Source: an uncultured Nitrospiraceae bacterium
GTDB taxonomy: Bacteria; Nitrospirota; Nitrospiria; Nitrospirales; Nitrospiraceae
DNA: 64,000 bases
Direction of reading: 5' to 3'
Assembly: GCA_963846575.1 (NCBI GenBank)
Contig: CAWJWJ010000002.1
Coordinates: forward strand, 2,080,001 to 2,144,000
Position 1 is the first letter of the stretch, and every line of letters starts with the position of its first letter. This document shows positions 31,131 through 40,826 of this stretch, one piece after another. The notes under the pieces are model-generated. The model had not been told where the DNA came from and did no database searches. It saw only the letters and a program-made list of their open reading frames with translations. Both the position numbers and the translations under genes were made by a program.

Positions 31131-31502
31131 ATGGTCAACTCAACTGTTTCCTGTATGGTGGTTGCGACTGCCATCCTCATCGTTGGAACGCTACCCGCCA
31201 GTGCGGAACAACCGCGTGGAGGAATGCCATCCGCCATGAGCGAAGGCAAAGAAGCGCCGGCCGGTCCATCCCACTCAGGTTCGGAAGGCAAGCAGGGTTC
31301 CAGCGCCCGGATGGATCAGACCCACTCCGGCGGAATGGGAGAACAAAAGTCCGGCGGTAGCGATACTGACACCCACGGCATGAGTTCCAACCCGACACAA
31401 AAAAGAAGCGGCGGAACCCAGGGCCTCCAGGAACAATTGTACGAGGATCGCATGAAGGGTTTTCAGGAGAGTTCCCCGTCTCAAGGGAATAGGAAACCAT
31501 AG
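31131..31502 (+). CDS. Secreted low-complexity hypothetical protein
   Basis: AGGAG RBS, signal peptide (..PASA), G/S/Q-rich mature part. Confidence 0.6.
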   Translation: MVNSTVSCMVVATAILIVGTLPASAEQPRGGMPSAMSEGKEAPAGPSHSGSEGKQGSSARMDQTHSGGMGEQKSGGSDTDTHGMSSNPTQKRSGGTQGLQEQLYEDRMKGFQESSPSQGNRKP

Positions 31503-31995
31503 GCAGCTCCCATCAATCGCCACTTCTTTTGCGTGCCCGATTGCAGTTCACGCTATGGGTGCGGAGAGGCTCTTAACCGCCCGTGGATCGGCCTATCGCC
31601 CTTCACCGGACGCTGCCTCCCCCGTTCACGTGAATCCGTAGAACCTACTGAGGTAATCTTTCTTTTCCTATCCGCAACTGAGCCCTCACAGCCGGCATAC
31701 TCGGGCCTTACTTCTTGGCCTGATTTGCCCGTCCTATAACAGACGTGCCCGATCCAAGGAAGGTTTCGTCAGGGACTGGGTAGTCCGCGGATAGCATGTC
31801 CTGCCCTGATACTCACCCAGCTTCGGTCGCGGTTCGAACCGTCCTGACGCCCGGACTTCATGGTGACACAACAACCATACGGCCACATCGCACTTCAGGC
31901 GAAGTTGGTCGAGTTCGCTCTGTCACGTGAGCCCAGCTCCAGCATCCCTGGTGAAAAAGCGGGATTACTGAAGGTGACTACGATGAAAAGACGAG

Positions 31996-32454
31996 TCAGT
32001 TGCAGGAAATGGATTGGATCTTACCTGCGTTCACGTTAAAGCATTGAAATGGAGGGGGCGGTATATTCGGGAGATCGGCATGGGTTTGACGGGGCAAGGC
32101 ATCCTGCACCAGCCTCGCCATTTCCTGTGGCGTCGCCTGAGGGTACTGTCGCTGAAACCGTACGAAAAGTGCCTGTTGTTGGAATTTCATGTCCCGGTAG
32201 AAGGATAATGCGGTGTGTACGGACTCAGGTGTCTGGAGGGCGGTCGGGTATACCCTTCGCACGCGATCAAGATACGACAGCTCGCGTTCATCTCCGGTAA
32301 ATGCTCCCAACGCCGGCCGTACCGGCGGACTAGTGCATGCACCGAAGTGCAGTGCCCCAACGGCCATACCCGCCACCCAGAGCAGAGCAGTTTTCATTCT
32401 CCATGTTCCAAATGCCCTAAATGGCACTGTCGCCGTCTTGATCAGACCTGTCAT
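31996..32454 (-). CDS. Hypothetical protein, possible lipoprotein
   Basis: Hydrophobic stretch ending FGAC; start uncertain. Confidence 0.45.
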   Translation of the reverse strand: MTGLIKTATVPFRAFGTWRMKTALLWVAGMAVGALHFGACTSPPVRPALGAFTGDERELSYLDRVRRVYPTALQTPESVHTALSFYRDMKFQQQALFVRFQRQYPQATPQEMARLVQDALPRQTHADLPNIPPPPFQCFNVNAGKIQSISCN

Positions 32455-32962
32455 TTTTATCTCCAGCTCCAGATTACAAATACAATAGATTGTGCGCGAC
32501 TTCGCCAGCTGCGTTCTTTCCGACATCGTCCGACGACAGCTGTTCCGGTTCAGATCCTACCCTGCGCATGGACGATAATCGGTAATGCGTTTGACCAACT
32601 TCTCCCGAACAGCAGGGCGAACTTCCCAGAGGGATGTATCGTGAATCCACAATGACTCTCGGCGCTCATCCGATCCGGGACCCCAGCTTTACATATTTCC
32701 CAACACAATCCTATGAATAATTCCTGCCTGTTCCTTCCATTCAGATTTCCACCATACACACCTCATGCTTCATGGCCCGCTGCGTTCCTCACAATTCACC
32801 TCCTTTTAAGCCCAACCGCTCCGCTGCTCTGCAACGTGCTGATGCCGCATGAGTACGGGGCAATGGAACGTGTCTAGGCTCGCTCTTCCGTAACGCGATC
32901 AAGGGCCTTTTCTAGTAGCGGCCCTACTTTCATACATCTATAGATAGATGAGGAGGTGCCTA

Positions 32963-33457
32963 ATGACACATGCAGCCAGACCGTTTCTGAGACAATCGTG
33001 CCTTTCCGGAACGGTATGTGGGCTGATGCTGTCGACCGTCGTAGGTCTCACGAGTCGGTTGACGACGGGCCGAAGTAGCCTAGGATTGAATGCGATCAGT
33101 CACATAGTCTGGGGACCGAAGGCGGCTCGGCAAACATCTTGGACGTCCCGCTACACTGGAACGGGACTCCTTCTGAATCAGGGAGCATGTCTCTTTTGGG
33201 CCGGATGTTATGAGGCCCTACTCAGGAAACAACCCCCACATAGCGTAACCAAGTCTGTGGCAGATGCCATGAAGATCGCCGCCCTGGCCTACGTCGTTGA
33301 CTACCACGTTATTCCGAAGCGATTTACACCGGGTTTCGAGTTCGTATTCCCACGTCGGCTATTTCCTCTGCTGTACGTAGGTCTCGCGGCCTCACTTTTT
33401 GCCGGCGCAACATTCTGCGCGCGACGGCCTCGCTCGTCAGCAGAGAACCCATCCTGA
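32963..33457 (+). CDS. Hypothetical membrane protein
   Basis: AGGAGG RBS; NAISHIVWG..AYVVDYHVIPKRFTPGFE. Confidence 0.65.
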   Translation: MTHAARPFLRQSCLSGTVCGLMLSTVVGLTSRLTTGRSSLGLNAISHIVWGPKAARQTSWTSRYTGTGLLLNQGACLFWAGCYEALLRKQPPHSVTKSVADAMKIAALAYVVDYHVIPKRFTPGFEFVFPRRLFPLLYVGLAASLFAGATFCARRPRSSAENPS

Positions 33458-33879
33458 TCAGCTGCCGTAGTTTGCCGATCCCACTCGGCGTTATACCAAG
33501 TATTGCCGAGGAAAACTATTTGCTCACGAGGTTGCAGAGGTGGCACCCGACCCTGCTCATTCATTTGTAGTGGCCCAGCGAACATAAACCAGGCCACCGC
33601 ACCAGGTTAAAGCCAAATCCGGTGGTGTTTCTCATGAGAACTGAATTCACACGCTCTTCCCCCGTTCATAACGTTTATGTTCATCTCTGACGATCGCTAC
33701 CAACATCCGAGGTGGACTATCCCTGGCCTTTGCACGTCGGCACTAACTCTTCCATTCCTTGCCTTTCATTAATTTTCTGATACACAAATCGAGGAAGCAA
33801 GTGCCTATTGTCTGCTGTGGATTCGCATGGAGGGACAGGGCAGACCCGGCCAAACTATGTGGCTTTTGGAGGAATGGCG

Positions 33880-34320
33880 ATGACGATTTCCCATGTAAAG
33901 CTAGGAACCATCATGTTTCATGTGCTGGGGATACTGGCGTGTGGCTCCCTTATAGGATGCGGTTCCATTATTCATGGGAGTAAACAGGAGATCTCCTTCG
34001 ATACCAAACCTCAGGGAGCGACCATTAAACTGGATAGTGGACTCCGCTTTACAACGCCCCAGACCGTAGAGTTACGGCGAGCCGTTGATCATGTGGTGAC
34101 GATCGAAAAGGAGGGGTATGAGCCTGAGAGAGTCACCATCAATCGGAGTTTCAACCCCGTGGCGACCATCCTGGGAAACATCCTTTGGATTACTCCGGGA
34201 GTAATCGTGGACGTCCTCGTTGGTGGAGCATGGACGCTAGATCCCGAACACGTTAGTGTTGATCTGGTTGCTGAGAAGGCTAAAACGCCAACTACCGTCA
34301 GCATTGGAGAGACCAACTAG
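33880..34320 (+). CDS. PEGA-like domain lipoprotein
   Basis: LIGCGSIIHGSKQ..KPQGA..TTP..IEKEGY..GNIL. Confidence 0.7.
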   Translation: MTISHVKLGTIMFHVLGILACGSLIGCGSIIHGSKQEISFDTKPQGATIKLDSGLRFTTPQTVELRRAVDHVVTIEKEGYEPERVTINRSFNPVATILGNILWITPGVIVDVLVGGAWTLDPEHVSVDLVAEKAKTPTTVSIGETN

Positions 34321-34477
34321 GACGATTGTGACTCTAATTCCTCCGTCTATCTCCTCTGTCATTGCCCTCCCTCGAAGCTTCTCGGTTCATGCGCGCCAAC
34401 GCGGTCTATGGTTTCAGCAATCTACTATCTCGGCCGGGTGAACGACCCACCCTCCGCTGGATCCCGGCGCATCCTGA

Positions 34478-35293
34478 ATGGTACTGTTGACTGCTATGCG
34501 CGCCGTCTGGGTCACGGACATTCATCTCGATATTTTGAGCGACGCGGCATGCGCGAACTTCTCCGCGGCAATGGCTGCAGAACGTCCGGATGCCGTCTTT
34601 ATCACGGGGGACATTTCTATCGCTCCCTCCCTGATGGCGCATCTTCGTGCCCTGGCAGACCACATCCAAACACCTCTGTACTTCGTCCTCGGCAACCACG
34701 ACTTTTACCGAAGCTCTATTGCGCAGGTACGAGCCACTGTCAGTGACTGCTGCCGGACCCATCCCCTGCTTCGATATCTGCCGGATTTGGGCGTGGTGGA
34801 GCTGACTGCCTGCACCGGACTGGTCGGTCATGACGGGTGGGGAGACGCGCGATACGGCAACTATGCCGCATCCCCGGTGCGGTTAAATGATCATGTGCTC
34901 ATCCGGGAATTGACGCAGCTCGATCCTGGTACGCTGCACACGCAGCTCAATCAGTTAGGAGACGAAGCGGCCAGTTATCTCCAAGAAATTTTGCCTGGCG
35001 CGCTTGACCGCTATCAGCATGTGATCCTCCTGACCCATGTCCCCCCGTTCAAGGAGGCTTGCTGGTACGAGGGTCGGCTGGGTAACGATGACTGGCTGCC
35101 GTTCTTTACCTGTCAGGCGGTCGGCGATGTATTACGCGAGTTGATGATCCGGTATCCGGACCGACGCCTGACGGTGTACTGCGGGCACACCCACCACGCC
35201 GGTACAGCCCAGGTCCTGCACAATCTTCAAGTCGTCACCGGTGCCGCAGAGTATGGGAACCCGAGGGTGAACGAGGTGATCGAGATTGTGTGA
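34478..35293 (+). CDS. Calcineurin-like metallophosphoesterase
   Basis: TDIH, ITGDIS, GNHD, THVPP, GHTH. Confidence 0.88.
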   Translation: MVLLTAMRAVWVTDIHLDILSDAACANFSAAMAAERPDAVFITGDISIAPSLMAHLRALADHIQTPLYFVLGNHDFYRSSIAQVRATVSDCCRTHPLLRYLPDLGVVELTACTGLVGHDGWGDARYGNYAASPVRLNDHVLIRELTQLDPGTLHTQLNQLGDEAASYLQEILPGALDRYQHVILLTHVPPFKEACWYEGRLGNDDWLPFFTCQAVGDVLRELMIRYPDRRLTVYCGHTHHAGTAQVLHNLQVVTGAAEYGNPRVNEVIEIV

Positions 35294-35483
35294 GAACGGC
35301 TGACACCGGGGCCTGCCTGTAATTGGTGGAGATCACACTGTCGGTATAGAGAAGAGCAGGACGTGGGGCTTCGCATCACAAGGCAGACACCACTGATCGT
35401 GCCTGCCGGCCCATCCCAGAATCCCAGCCGGGAGGCTCCCCTAAGGCAGGCGGGCCCCATAGGTCCCGCGGAACTCCGGAGCA

Positions 35484-35663
35484 TCATGAATGTTGATGAT
35501 CATGGGCTCCGTGGTCGCCCTGGTGTTCATGGTCATGGTCTGCGGCTGTTTCATGGGTGTGGCCATGCACATGTTCGTGAACATGCGGATGAGTGTGATT
35601 GTCAGACTGTCCATGGCTGTGCGCGTGGCTGTGTTCATGCTTGTGCTGGTGGGAACCCTGCAT
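35484..35663 (-). CDS. 59-aa histidine-rich putative metal(Ni)-binding peptide; not in ORF track
   Basis: MQGSHQHKHEHSHAHSHGQSDNHTHPHVHEHVHGHTHETAADHDHEHQGDHGAHDHQHS (22 His); GAGGAGGAG RBS; downstream of hypB on the same strand. Confidence 0.8.
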   Translation of the reverse strand: MQGSHQHKHEHSHAHSHGQSDNHTHPHVHEHVHGHTHETAADHDHEHQGDHGAHDHQHS

Positions 35664-35849
35664 AACTCCTCCTCATGATCGGGACTCGTGGAAACGATCA
35701 TCCGCCGCCATGGTTAAAAGCTACCATAGCCTAACCCTCTTCCCGTAGTATTTTCGTGGTTACACCTGGCAACGTGGCCTTCCTCCCCGCCGGCCCGCGC
35801 TCTGGGAGAAACGTGGGGCCCACCTCAGCATCCACCCCGACCGTCCTGA

Positions 35850-36677
35850 TCAGCGTAAAGGGGCCTGGACCACTGCCCGAACCTGCTTGCGGAGCCAATC
35901 GTACCACCCCTGCATCCCGTCACCGGAAACCGCAGAGACCAGAAAAATTTCCAAACTCGGGTTCACCGTCCTGGCATGTGCCAGGCATCGCTCTACATCA
36001 AAGCTGAGATGCGGGAGCAGATCGATCTTGTTCAGCAATAACACCTGCGCAGCACGAAACATGTGGGGGTATTTGAGCGGCTTGTCCTCGCCCTCGGTCA
36101 CGGACAGGATCGCCACCTTCGCCTGTTCGCCCAAATCGAACAGCGCCGGACAGACCAGGTTTCCCACATTCTCGATCAGCACCAGGGAGTGAGCCGGTGG
36201 CGCCAGTTGCTCGACTGCCCGGGCCACCATGTCTGCTTCTAGATGACATCCCACCCCCGTATTGATTTGCATGACGCGGCATCCGGTCCTTCGAATCCGT
36301 TCGGCATCGTTGACCGTGTCTTGATCGCCTTCGATCACCTGAATCGGCAGCTCGCCCTTCAGGTCAAGAATGGTCCGTTCAAGAAGGGTGGTCTTGCCTG
36401 ACCCGGGGGAACTGACCAGATTGAGCGCCACAATGTCCCGGCCTTGAAACCAACCACGGTTCCGCTCCGCTAGACGGTCGTTCTTCGCCAGCACGGCCTC
36501 CCGCAGCACAATGGTCTTGCCGTCCACATGAACATGCTCGCCATCGGGATGCCCATGGGCGGGACTGTGAGGGTGGTCATGAGGTTCGTGATGTGACTGC
36601 AGTTTCACCGTCTCTCCGGTAGTCGGATCAGTCATCCGGGGCACGGCGTCCTCAGAGCATCCGCATGTCGTACACAT
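35850..36677 (-). CDS. hypB: Hydrogenase nickel-insertion GTPase
   Basis: MCTTCGC, His-rich linker, SSPGSGKT, GCHL, ENVGNLVCP, NKID. Confidence 0.96.
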   Translation of the reverse strand: MCTTCGCSEDAVPRMTDPTTGETVKLQSHHEPHDHPHSPAHGHPDGEHVHVDGKTIVLREAVLAKNDRLAERNRGWFQGRDIVALNLVSSPGSGKTTLLERTILDLKGELPIQVIEGDQDTVNDAERIRRTGCRVMQINTGVGCHLEADMVARAVEQLAPPAHSLVLIENVGNLVCPALFDLGEQAKVAILSVTEGEDKPLKYPHMFRAAQVLLLNKIDLLPHLSFDVERCLAHARTVNPSLEIFLVSAVSGDGMQGWYDWLRKQVRAVVQAPLR

Positions 36678-37006
36678 CAGAGCGTCACCATTTCCGTAAT
36701 GAGCAGTTCCTCGCCCGATAGCCGATGGAGATTCAGCGAGCCGCAGCGGCAGCGTGCAACCAGGTGTTCCACATCCATATCGATTCCACAGTCGCGGCAC
36801 CGGGCTCTCCCGGGCACGTCTATCACTTCGAGTCTCGCACCTTCCAGCAGCGTCCCCTTGGCTACGACGTCAAAACAAAACCGGATCGCATCGGGAAGAA
36901 CCGCGCTCAACGCCCCCACTTTTAACGTTACCTGCGTGACCTTGGAGCCGTTCGCGCGTTCGCTCACAATCGCCACGATGTTCCGCGTGATGCTCAGCTC
37001 GTGCAT
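36677..37006 (-). CDS. hypA: Hydrogenase nickel metallochaperone
   Basis: MHELSI, CRDC..CRC, GEEL. Confidence 0.95.
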   Translation of the reverse strand: MHELSITRNIVAIVSERANGSKVTQVTLKVGALSAVLPDAIRFCFDVVAKGTLLEGARLEVIDVPGRARCRDCGIDMDVEHLVARCRCGSLNLHRLSGEELLITEMVTL

Positions 37007-37560
37007 GCCAGTCCCGTCTGCTGGGGGTGATGAGCGGCTTCCGTCACGTCAAAGAGATGATCGAACGACTCCGCCCACAACCGTCTTGTAAGATCTGCCT
37101 TCATGTGACGAAGCCGTAGTTGATCCCCTGGCCGCTCCCTCGGCGTGCTAAGGCGGTCGACCAGGACGAAGAACCCCTTGGGAATGAACCCTTCCCTCAC
37201 GGCCACCCGGACCGTTCGCGCCCCGTCGTCCACCCACCAGGTGAACTGCAGATCTTTATGACATTGGCCATCGAGCTCCGGCTGTGTTAACCGGTACCGG
37301 CCTCTGCTGACACAGCGCGTCACGTACTCAACAGCGTCCCGCACGCCAGGCCCGGGATGCCCACTGGTCACCGTGAGCGACCGTCGGTCCCATACCGCCA
37401 CCTTTGAGAAATAGTCTCCCATCCGCTGCATCGCGCGGAACGCAACCGTGGCACCCCAGATAGCTCCGCCCTGATGAAAGTGCAGCAAGCCGTCGTAATC
37501 GAGCCGCTCGAGCCGGCCGTCATCGAGGATCTCCAGAGTCTGTATAGGCGGAGTCACCAT
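36994..37560 (-). CDS. Hypothetical protein, FmdE-like N-terminus
   Basis: LLHFHQG..WGATVAFR, GHPGPGVRDAVEYVTR; lies between hypE and hypA. Confidence 0.65.
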   Translation of the reverse strand: MVTPPIQTLEILDDGRLERLDYDGLLHFHQGGAIWGATVAFRAMQRMGDYFSKVAVWDRRSLTVTSGHPGPGVRDAVEYVTRCVSRGRYRLTQPELDGQCHKDLQFTWWVDDGARTVRVAVREGFIPKGFFVLVDRLSTPRERPGDQLRLRHMKADLTRRLWAESFDHLFDVTEAAHHPQQTGLACTS

Positions 37561-37575
37561 GCGGTCACACCTCGT

Positions 37576-38706
37576 TCAACAGATCCGCGGCAACTGATCG
37601 CCGACCAGGGTGTCGACCACCCGCAGGCCGCCGAACGCCGTCGCCATCACCACCGCGCCCTTCGGGCTTTCCTTGACCTCTCCGATGATCGCACTGCCGC
37701 GCCCGGCCGGGTGCCGGTGCATGGTCTCCAGGACGGCATCGGCTCGCTCGCGAGGCAGGATTGCCACCAGCTTGCCCTCGTTGGCCAGGTACAGGGGATC
37801 CAGGCCCAGAATTTCACAGGCGCCCCGCACCCGTTCTTGAACGGGAATCGCCGACTCCGTCAGATGAATGCCGACTCCGGACGTGGAAGCAAATTCGTTC
37901 AACACCGTGGCGACACCGCCTCGCGTGGCATCCCGGAGGCAATGGATGTCGGGGCAGACCGTCAACATGTCCTGCACCAGCTCATGGAGCGGTTGCGTGT
38001 CGCTTTCCACCGACGACTCCAGCGCCAGCTCGTTGCGCGCAAGTAGGATTGCAATGCCGTGATCGCCGATATGGCCATTGGTCATTACGAGATCTCCCGG
38101 ACGCGCACGGGCAGCCGAAATCGCCACCTCATTTCGGATGACGCCGATCCCGGCCGTGTTGATGAACAGTTTATCGGCCGCCCCACGTTCCACCACTTTC
38201 GTGTCTCCCGTAACAATGCTCACCCCCGCCCCCCTGGCGGCGGCCTTCATGCGGAGCACCACCTGGCCCAACGTGTCGATCAAGAGCCCCTCTTCGAGAA
38301 TCATGCCGCAGGATAGAAAGAGAGGGATCGCCCCGCTCACCGCGAGGTCGTTGATCGTCCCATGCACCGCCAGTTCCCCGATGCTGCCGCCCGGAAAGAA
38401 CAGCGGGTTGACGACATAACTGTCGGTGGTGAAGGCCAGCCTCGTGCCTCGTTGCCGGAGGTCATCCAACGACAGGACCGCTTGATCCTCCAGTGCGGCC
38501 AGCAGCGGATTATCGAACGCCGTCACAAACAGCTCTTCGATGAGCTCCCGCATCGCCTTGCCGCCGCTCCCATGGGCCAGCGTGATGCGCTTGTCGCGCA
38601 TGCACTCGAGCCAGGAGATGGCAGATTCCTCGGTCGACGATGGCCGAGATTGCGGGTCGAGCATGGGGTGACGCATGACGCATCCTTTGTCCCGTTGCGG
38701 CATCAT
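37576..38706 (-). CDS. hypE: Carbamoyl dehydratase HypE
   Basis: LAHGSGG, FTTDSYVV, GDTKVV, RDATRGG, C-terminal LPRIC. Confidence 0.96.
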   Translation of the reverse strand: MMPQRDKGCVMRHPMLDPQSRPSSTEESAISWLECMRDKRITLAHGSGGKAMRELIEELFVTAFDNPLLAALEDQAVLSLDDLRQRGTRLAFTTDSYVVNPLFFPGGSIGELAVHGTINDLAVSGAIPLFLSCGMILEEGLLIDTLGQVVLRMKAAARGAGVSIVTGDTKVVERGAADKLFINTAGIGVIRNEVAISAARARPGDLVMTNGHIGDHGIAILLARNELALESSVESDTQPLHELVQDMLTVCPDIHCLRDATRGGVATVLNEFASTSGVGIHLTESAIPVQERVRGACEILGLDPLYLANEGKLVAILPRERADAVLETMHRHPAGRGSAIIGEVKESPKGAVVMATAFGGLRVVDTLVGDQLPRIC

Positions 38707-39848
38707 GCCGGAACCTTGAGGGGCTTCAGACTATCCCGATCGATCCACCCGTAATTGTAATACGCGGCGCAGGCGCCTTCCGTGGAGACCATGAGGGCGC
38801 CGAGCGGATTTTCAGGGGTACAGGCAGTCCCGAAGACTTTACATTGAGGCGGTTTGATGACGCCCTTCAAGACCTCACCGCATTGACAGGAGGTCGGATC
38901 CGCAATGGTCACGTTCGGCATCGAGAACTTGCGCTCCGCATCGAAGCCGGCAAAGGCCTGCCGGACGCGCACGCCGGAGTAGTCGATTGAGCCCAGGCCG
39001 CGCCACTCGAAAAACTCCCGCAATTCAAACACGGCTTGCATCGCGTCGAGCGCTTGCGCATTGCCTGCTTCGGGCACGACACGCCGGTACTGATTCTCCA
39101 CCTCGCAGCGTCCCTCCGCCATCTGCTTGAGGACCATCCAGACGGATTGGAGAATGTCCAACGGTTCGAACCCGGCCACCACGATCGGTTTTCGATACCG
39201 TTCCGCGATAAAACCATAGGGCCGCGTACCGATGACCATGCTCACATGACCCGGCCCCAGAAACGCATCCACCTGGAGGTCAGGCGAATCCAGGACCGCT
39301 TTGATGGTGGGAATGATCGTGATGTGATTACAGAACAGCGAGAAGTTGGATAGGCCCTCCCGTTGCGCCTGCAGTACCGTAAAGGCGGTGCTCGGCATCG
39401 TGGTCTCAAACCCCAGCGCCAGAAATATCACCTCCCGCTCGGGATTGGCCCTGGCAATTTTCAGCGCGTCCAGCGGTGAATAGACCATGCGGACGTCCGC
39501 CCCTTCCGCCTTGGCTTGAAGGAGACTTTTCTTCGAGCCGGTGACGCGCATGGCGTCCCCGAACGTCGTCATGATGACCTCCGGACGCTGCGCCAACGCC
39601 ACGCAGTCATCGACGCGCCCGCGGGGAAGGACACAGACCGGACAACCGGGTCCGTGGATGAACTCCACTTCCTCCGGCAGCATCTTACTGACCCCGTAGC
39701 GGAAAATGGTGTGCGTATGCCCTCCGCACACTTCCATGATGCCGAGGGGGCGCTTTCGGCACAGCTCGATGCGGCCGACCAGGCCGCGAATCTCCCGCAG
39801 CAGCCATTGCGCTTTTTCCGGATCGCGAAACTCATCCACGAATTTCAT
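38703..39848 (-). CDS. hypD: Hydrogenase formation protein HypD
   Basis: MKFVDEFRD, MEVCGGHTH, GPGCPVC, GFETT, PGHVS, EGACAAYY. Confidence 0.97.
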   Translation of the reverse strand: MKFVDEFRDPEKAQWLLREIRGLVGRIELCRKRPLGIMEVCGGHTHTIFRYGVSKMLPEEVEFIHGPGCPVCVLPRGRVDDCVALAQRPEVIMTTFGDAMRVTGSKKSLLQAKAEGADVRMVYSPLDALKIARANPEREVIFLALGFETTMPSTAFTVLQAQREGLSNFSLFCNHITIIPTIKAVLDSPDLQVDAFLGPGHVSMVIGTRPYGFIAERYRKPIVVAGFEPLDILQSVWMVLKQMAEGRCEVENQYRRVVPEAGNAQALDAMQAVFELREFFEWRGLGSIDYSGVRVRQAFAGFDAERKFSMPNVTIADPTSCQCGEVLKGVIKPPQCKVFGTACTPENPLGALMVSTEGACAAYYNYGWIDRDSLKPLKVPA

Positions 39849-40530
39849 GCTGTGCCTCCCCGTTGCCCCGCCCTCGGTCATCGGCCAGGAGGGTATGCAC
39901 CAGATCCCACAGGATGTGATAAATGGCGACGTGGCATTCTTGGATCCGGTGAATGCTGGTCGTGTCCACCACCAGGCAGTGATCGAGGGCGGGAGACCGC
40001 GCCATGAGGCCGCCGTTACCCCCTGATAATCCGATCGTGACGAGCCCCAACTCCTTGGCTTTTTCGAAGGCGCGCAGGAGATTCGGGGAGTTGCCGCTGG
40101 TGCTGACGCCGACGAGTCCATCGCCGGCTCGCGCATGGGCGATCACTTGACGCACGAACACATGTTCGAAACCGACATCGTTCCCGACCGCGGTGAGCAT
40201 CGCCACATCGGCATCCAGATTCACGGCGGGCAATGCAGGCCGGCCGGCGGTCACCGGGTGGAGAAACTCCACGGCGATGTGCGCGGCATCACAGCTTGAG
40301 CCGCCGTTCCCCATCGTCAGCAATCGGCCGTTTCGACGATACACCCCGGCCATGGTGTTCGCGACCGCGACGACCTCGGGGCCTTTGTTCGCAAAGAACC
40401 CTGCCTTGACGGCGAGACTGTCCTCGGCCTTCAGCTTGACCGATGCCAACAATTCCGCATCGAGACGGGCAGGCGCGGGCAACTGCTCATGTAAGAACGG
40501 ATAGAGTCCGTGCAAAAAATCGTGCGGCAT
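39832..40530 (-). CDS. gmhA: SIS-domain phosphoheptose-isomerase-like protein
   Basis: GNGGSSCDAAH, GNDVGF, STSGNS, RIQECH. Confidence 0.85.
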   Translation of the reverse strand: MPHDFLHGLYPFLHEQLPAPARLDAELLASVKLKAEDSLAVKAGFFANKGPEVVAVANTMAGVYRRNGRLLTMGNGGSSCDAAHIAVEFLHPVTAGRPALPAVNLDADVAMLTAVGNDVGFEHVFVRQVIAHARAGDGLVGVSTSGNSPNLLRAFEKAKELGLVTIGLSGGNGGLMARSPALDHCLVVDTTSIHRIQECHVAIYHILWDLVHTLLADDRGRGNGEAQHEIRG

Positions 40531-40537
40531 CACATCC

Positions 40538-40819
40538 TCAGGTTTGTCCGGACACCCGCATCGCCCGAAGCTCTGCCTGTACCTCACCGAGTTCGCTCAA
40601 TAGCTCGAGAGTCCGCTGCGCTTCCTCCGGGTCGACCCGGCTCATGGCAAACCCCACGTGGACTAACACCCACTCTCCGACGCAGGATTCAGGGGAATGC
40701 TGCTCGTCCACGATACAGGCGATGTTCACCGTCCGCCTCACTCCGCCGACGTCGACGACGGCCAGCTTCGGCTGCTCGCGGTCCAGTTCGACAATACGTC
40801 CTGGAATTCCCAGACACAT
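40538..40819 (-). CDS. hypC: HypC chaperone
   Basis: MCLGIPG..WVLVHVGFA. Confidence 0.96.
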   Translation of the reverse strand: MCLGIPGRIVELDREQPKLAVVDVGGVRRTVNIACIVDEQHSPESCVGEWVLVHVGFAMSRVDPEEAQRTLELLSELGEVQAELRAMRVSGQT

Positions 40820-40826
40820 GGCGACC

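Noticed and set aside
35490..35678. 62-aa Met/Val-rich plus-strand ORF resembling a membrane peptide
   Set aside because: It is the antisense shadow of the His-rich gene (CAT/CAC codons read as ATG/GTG); the minus frame has the strong RBS.
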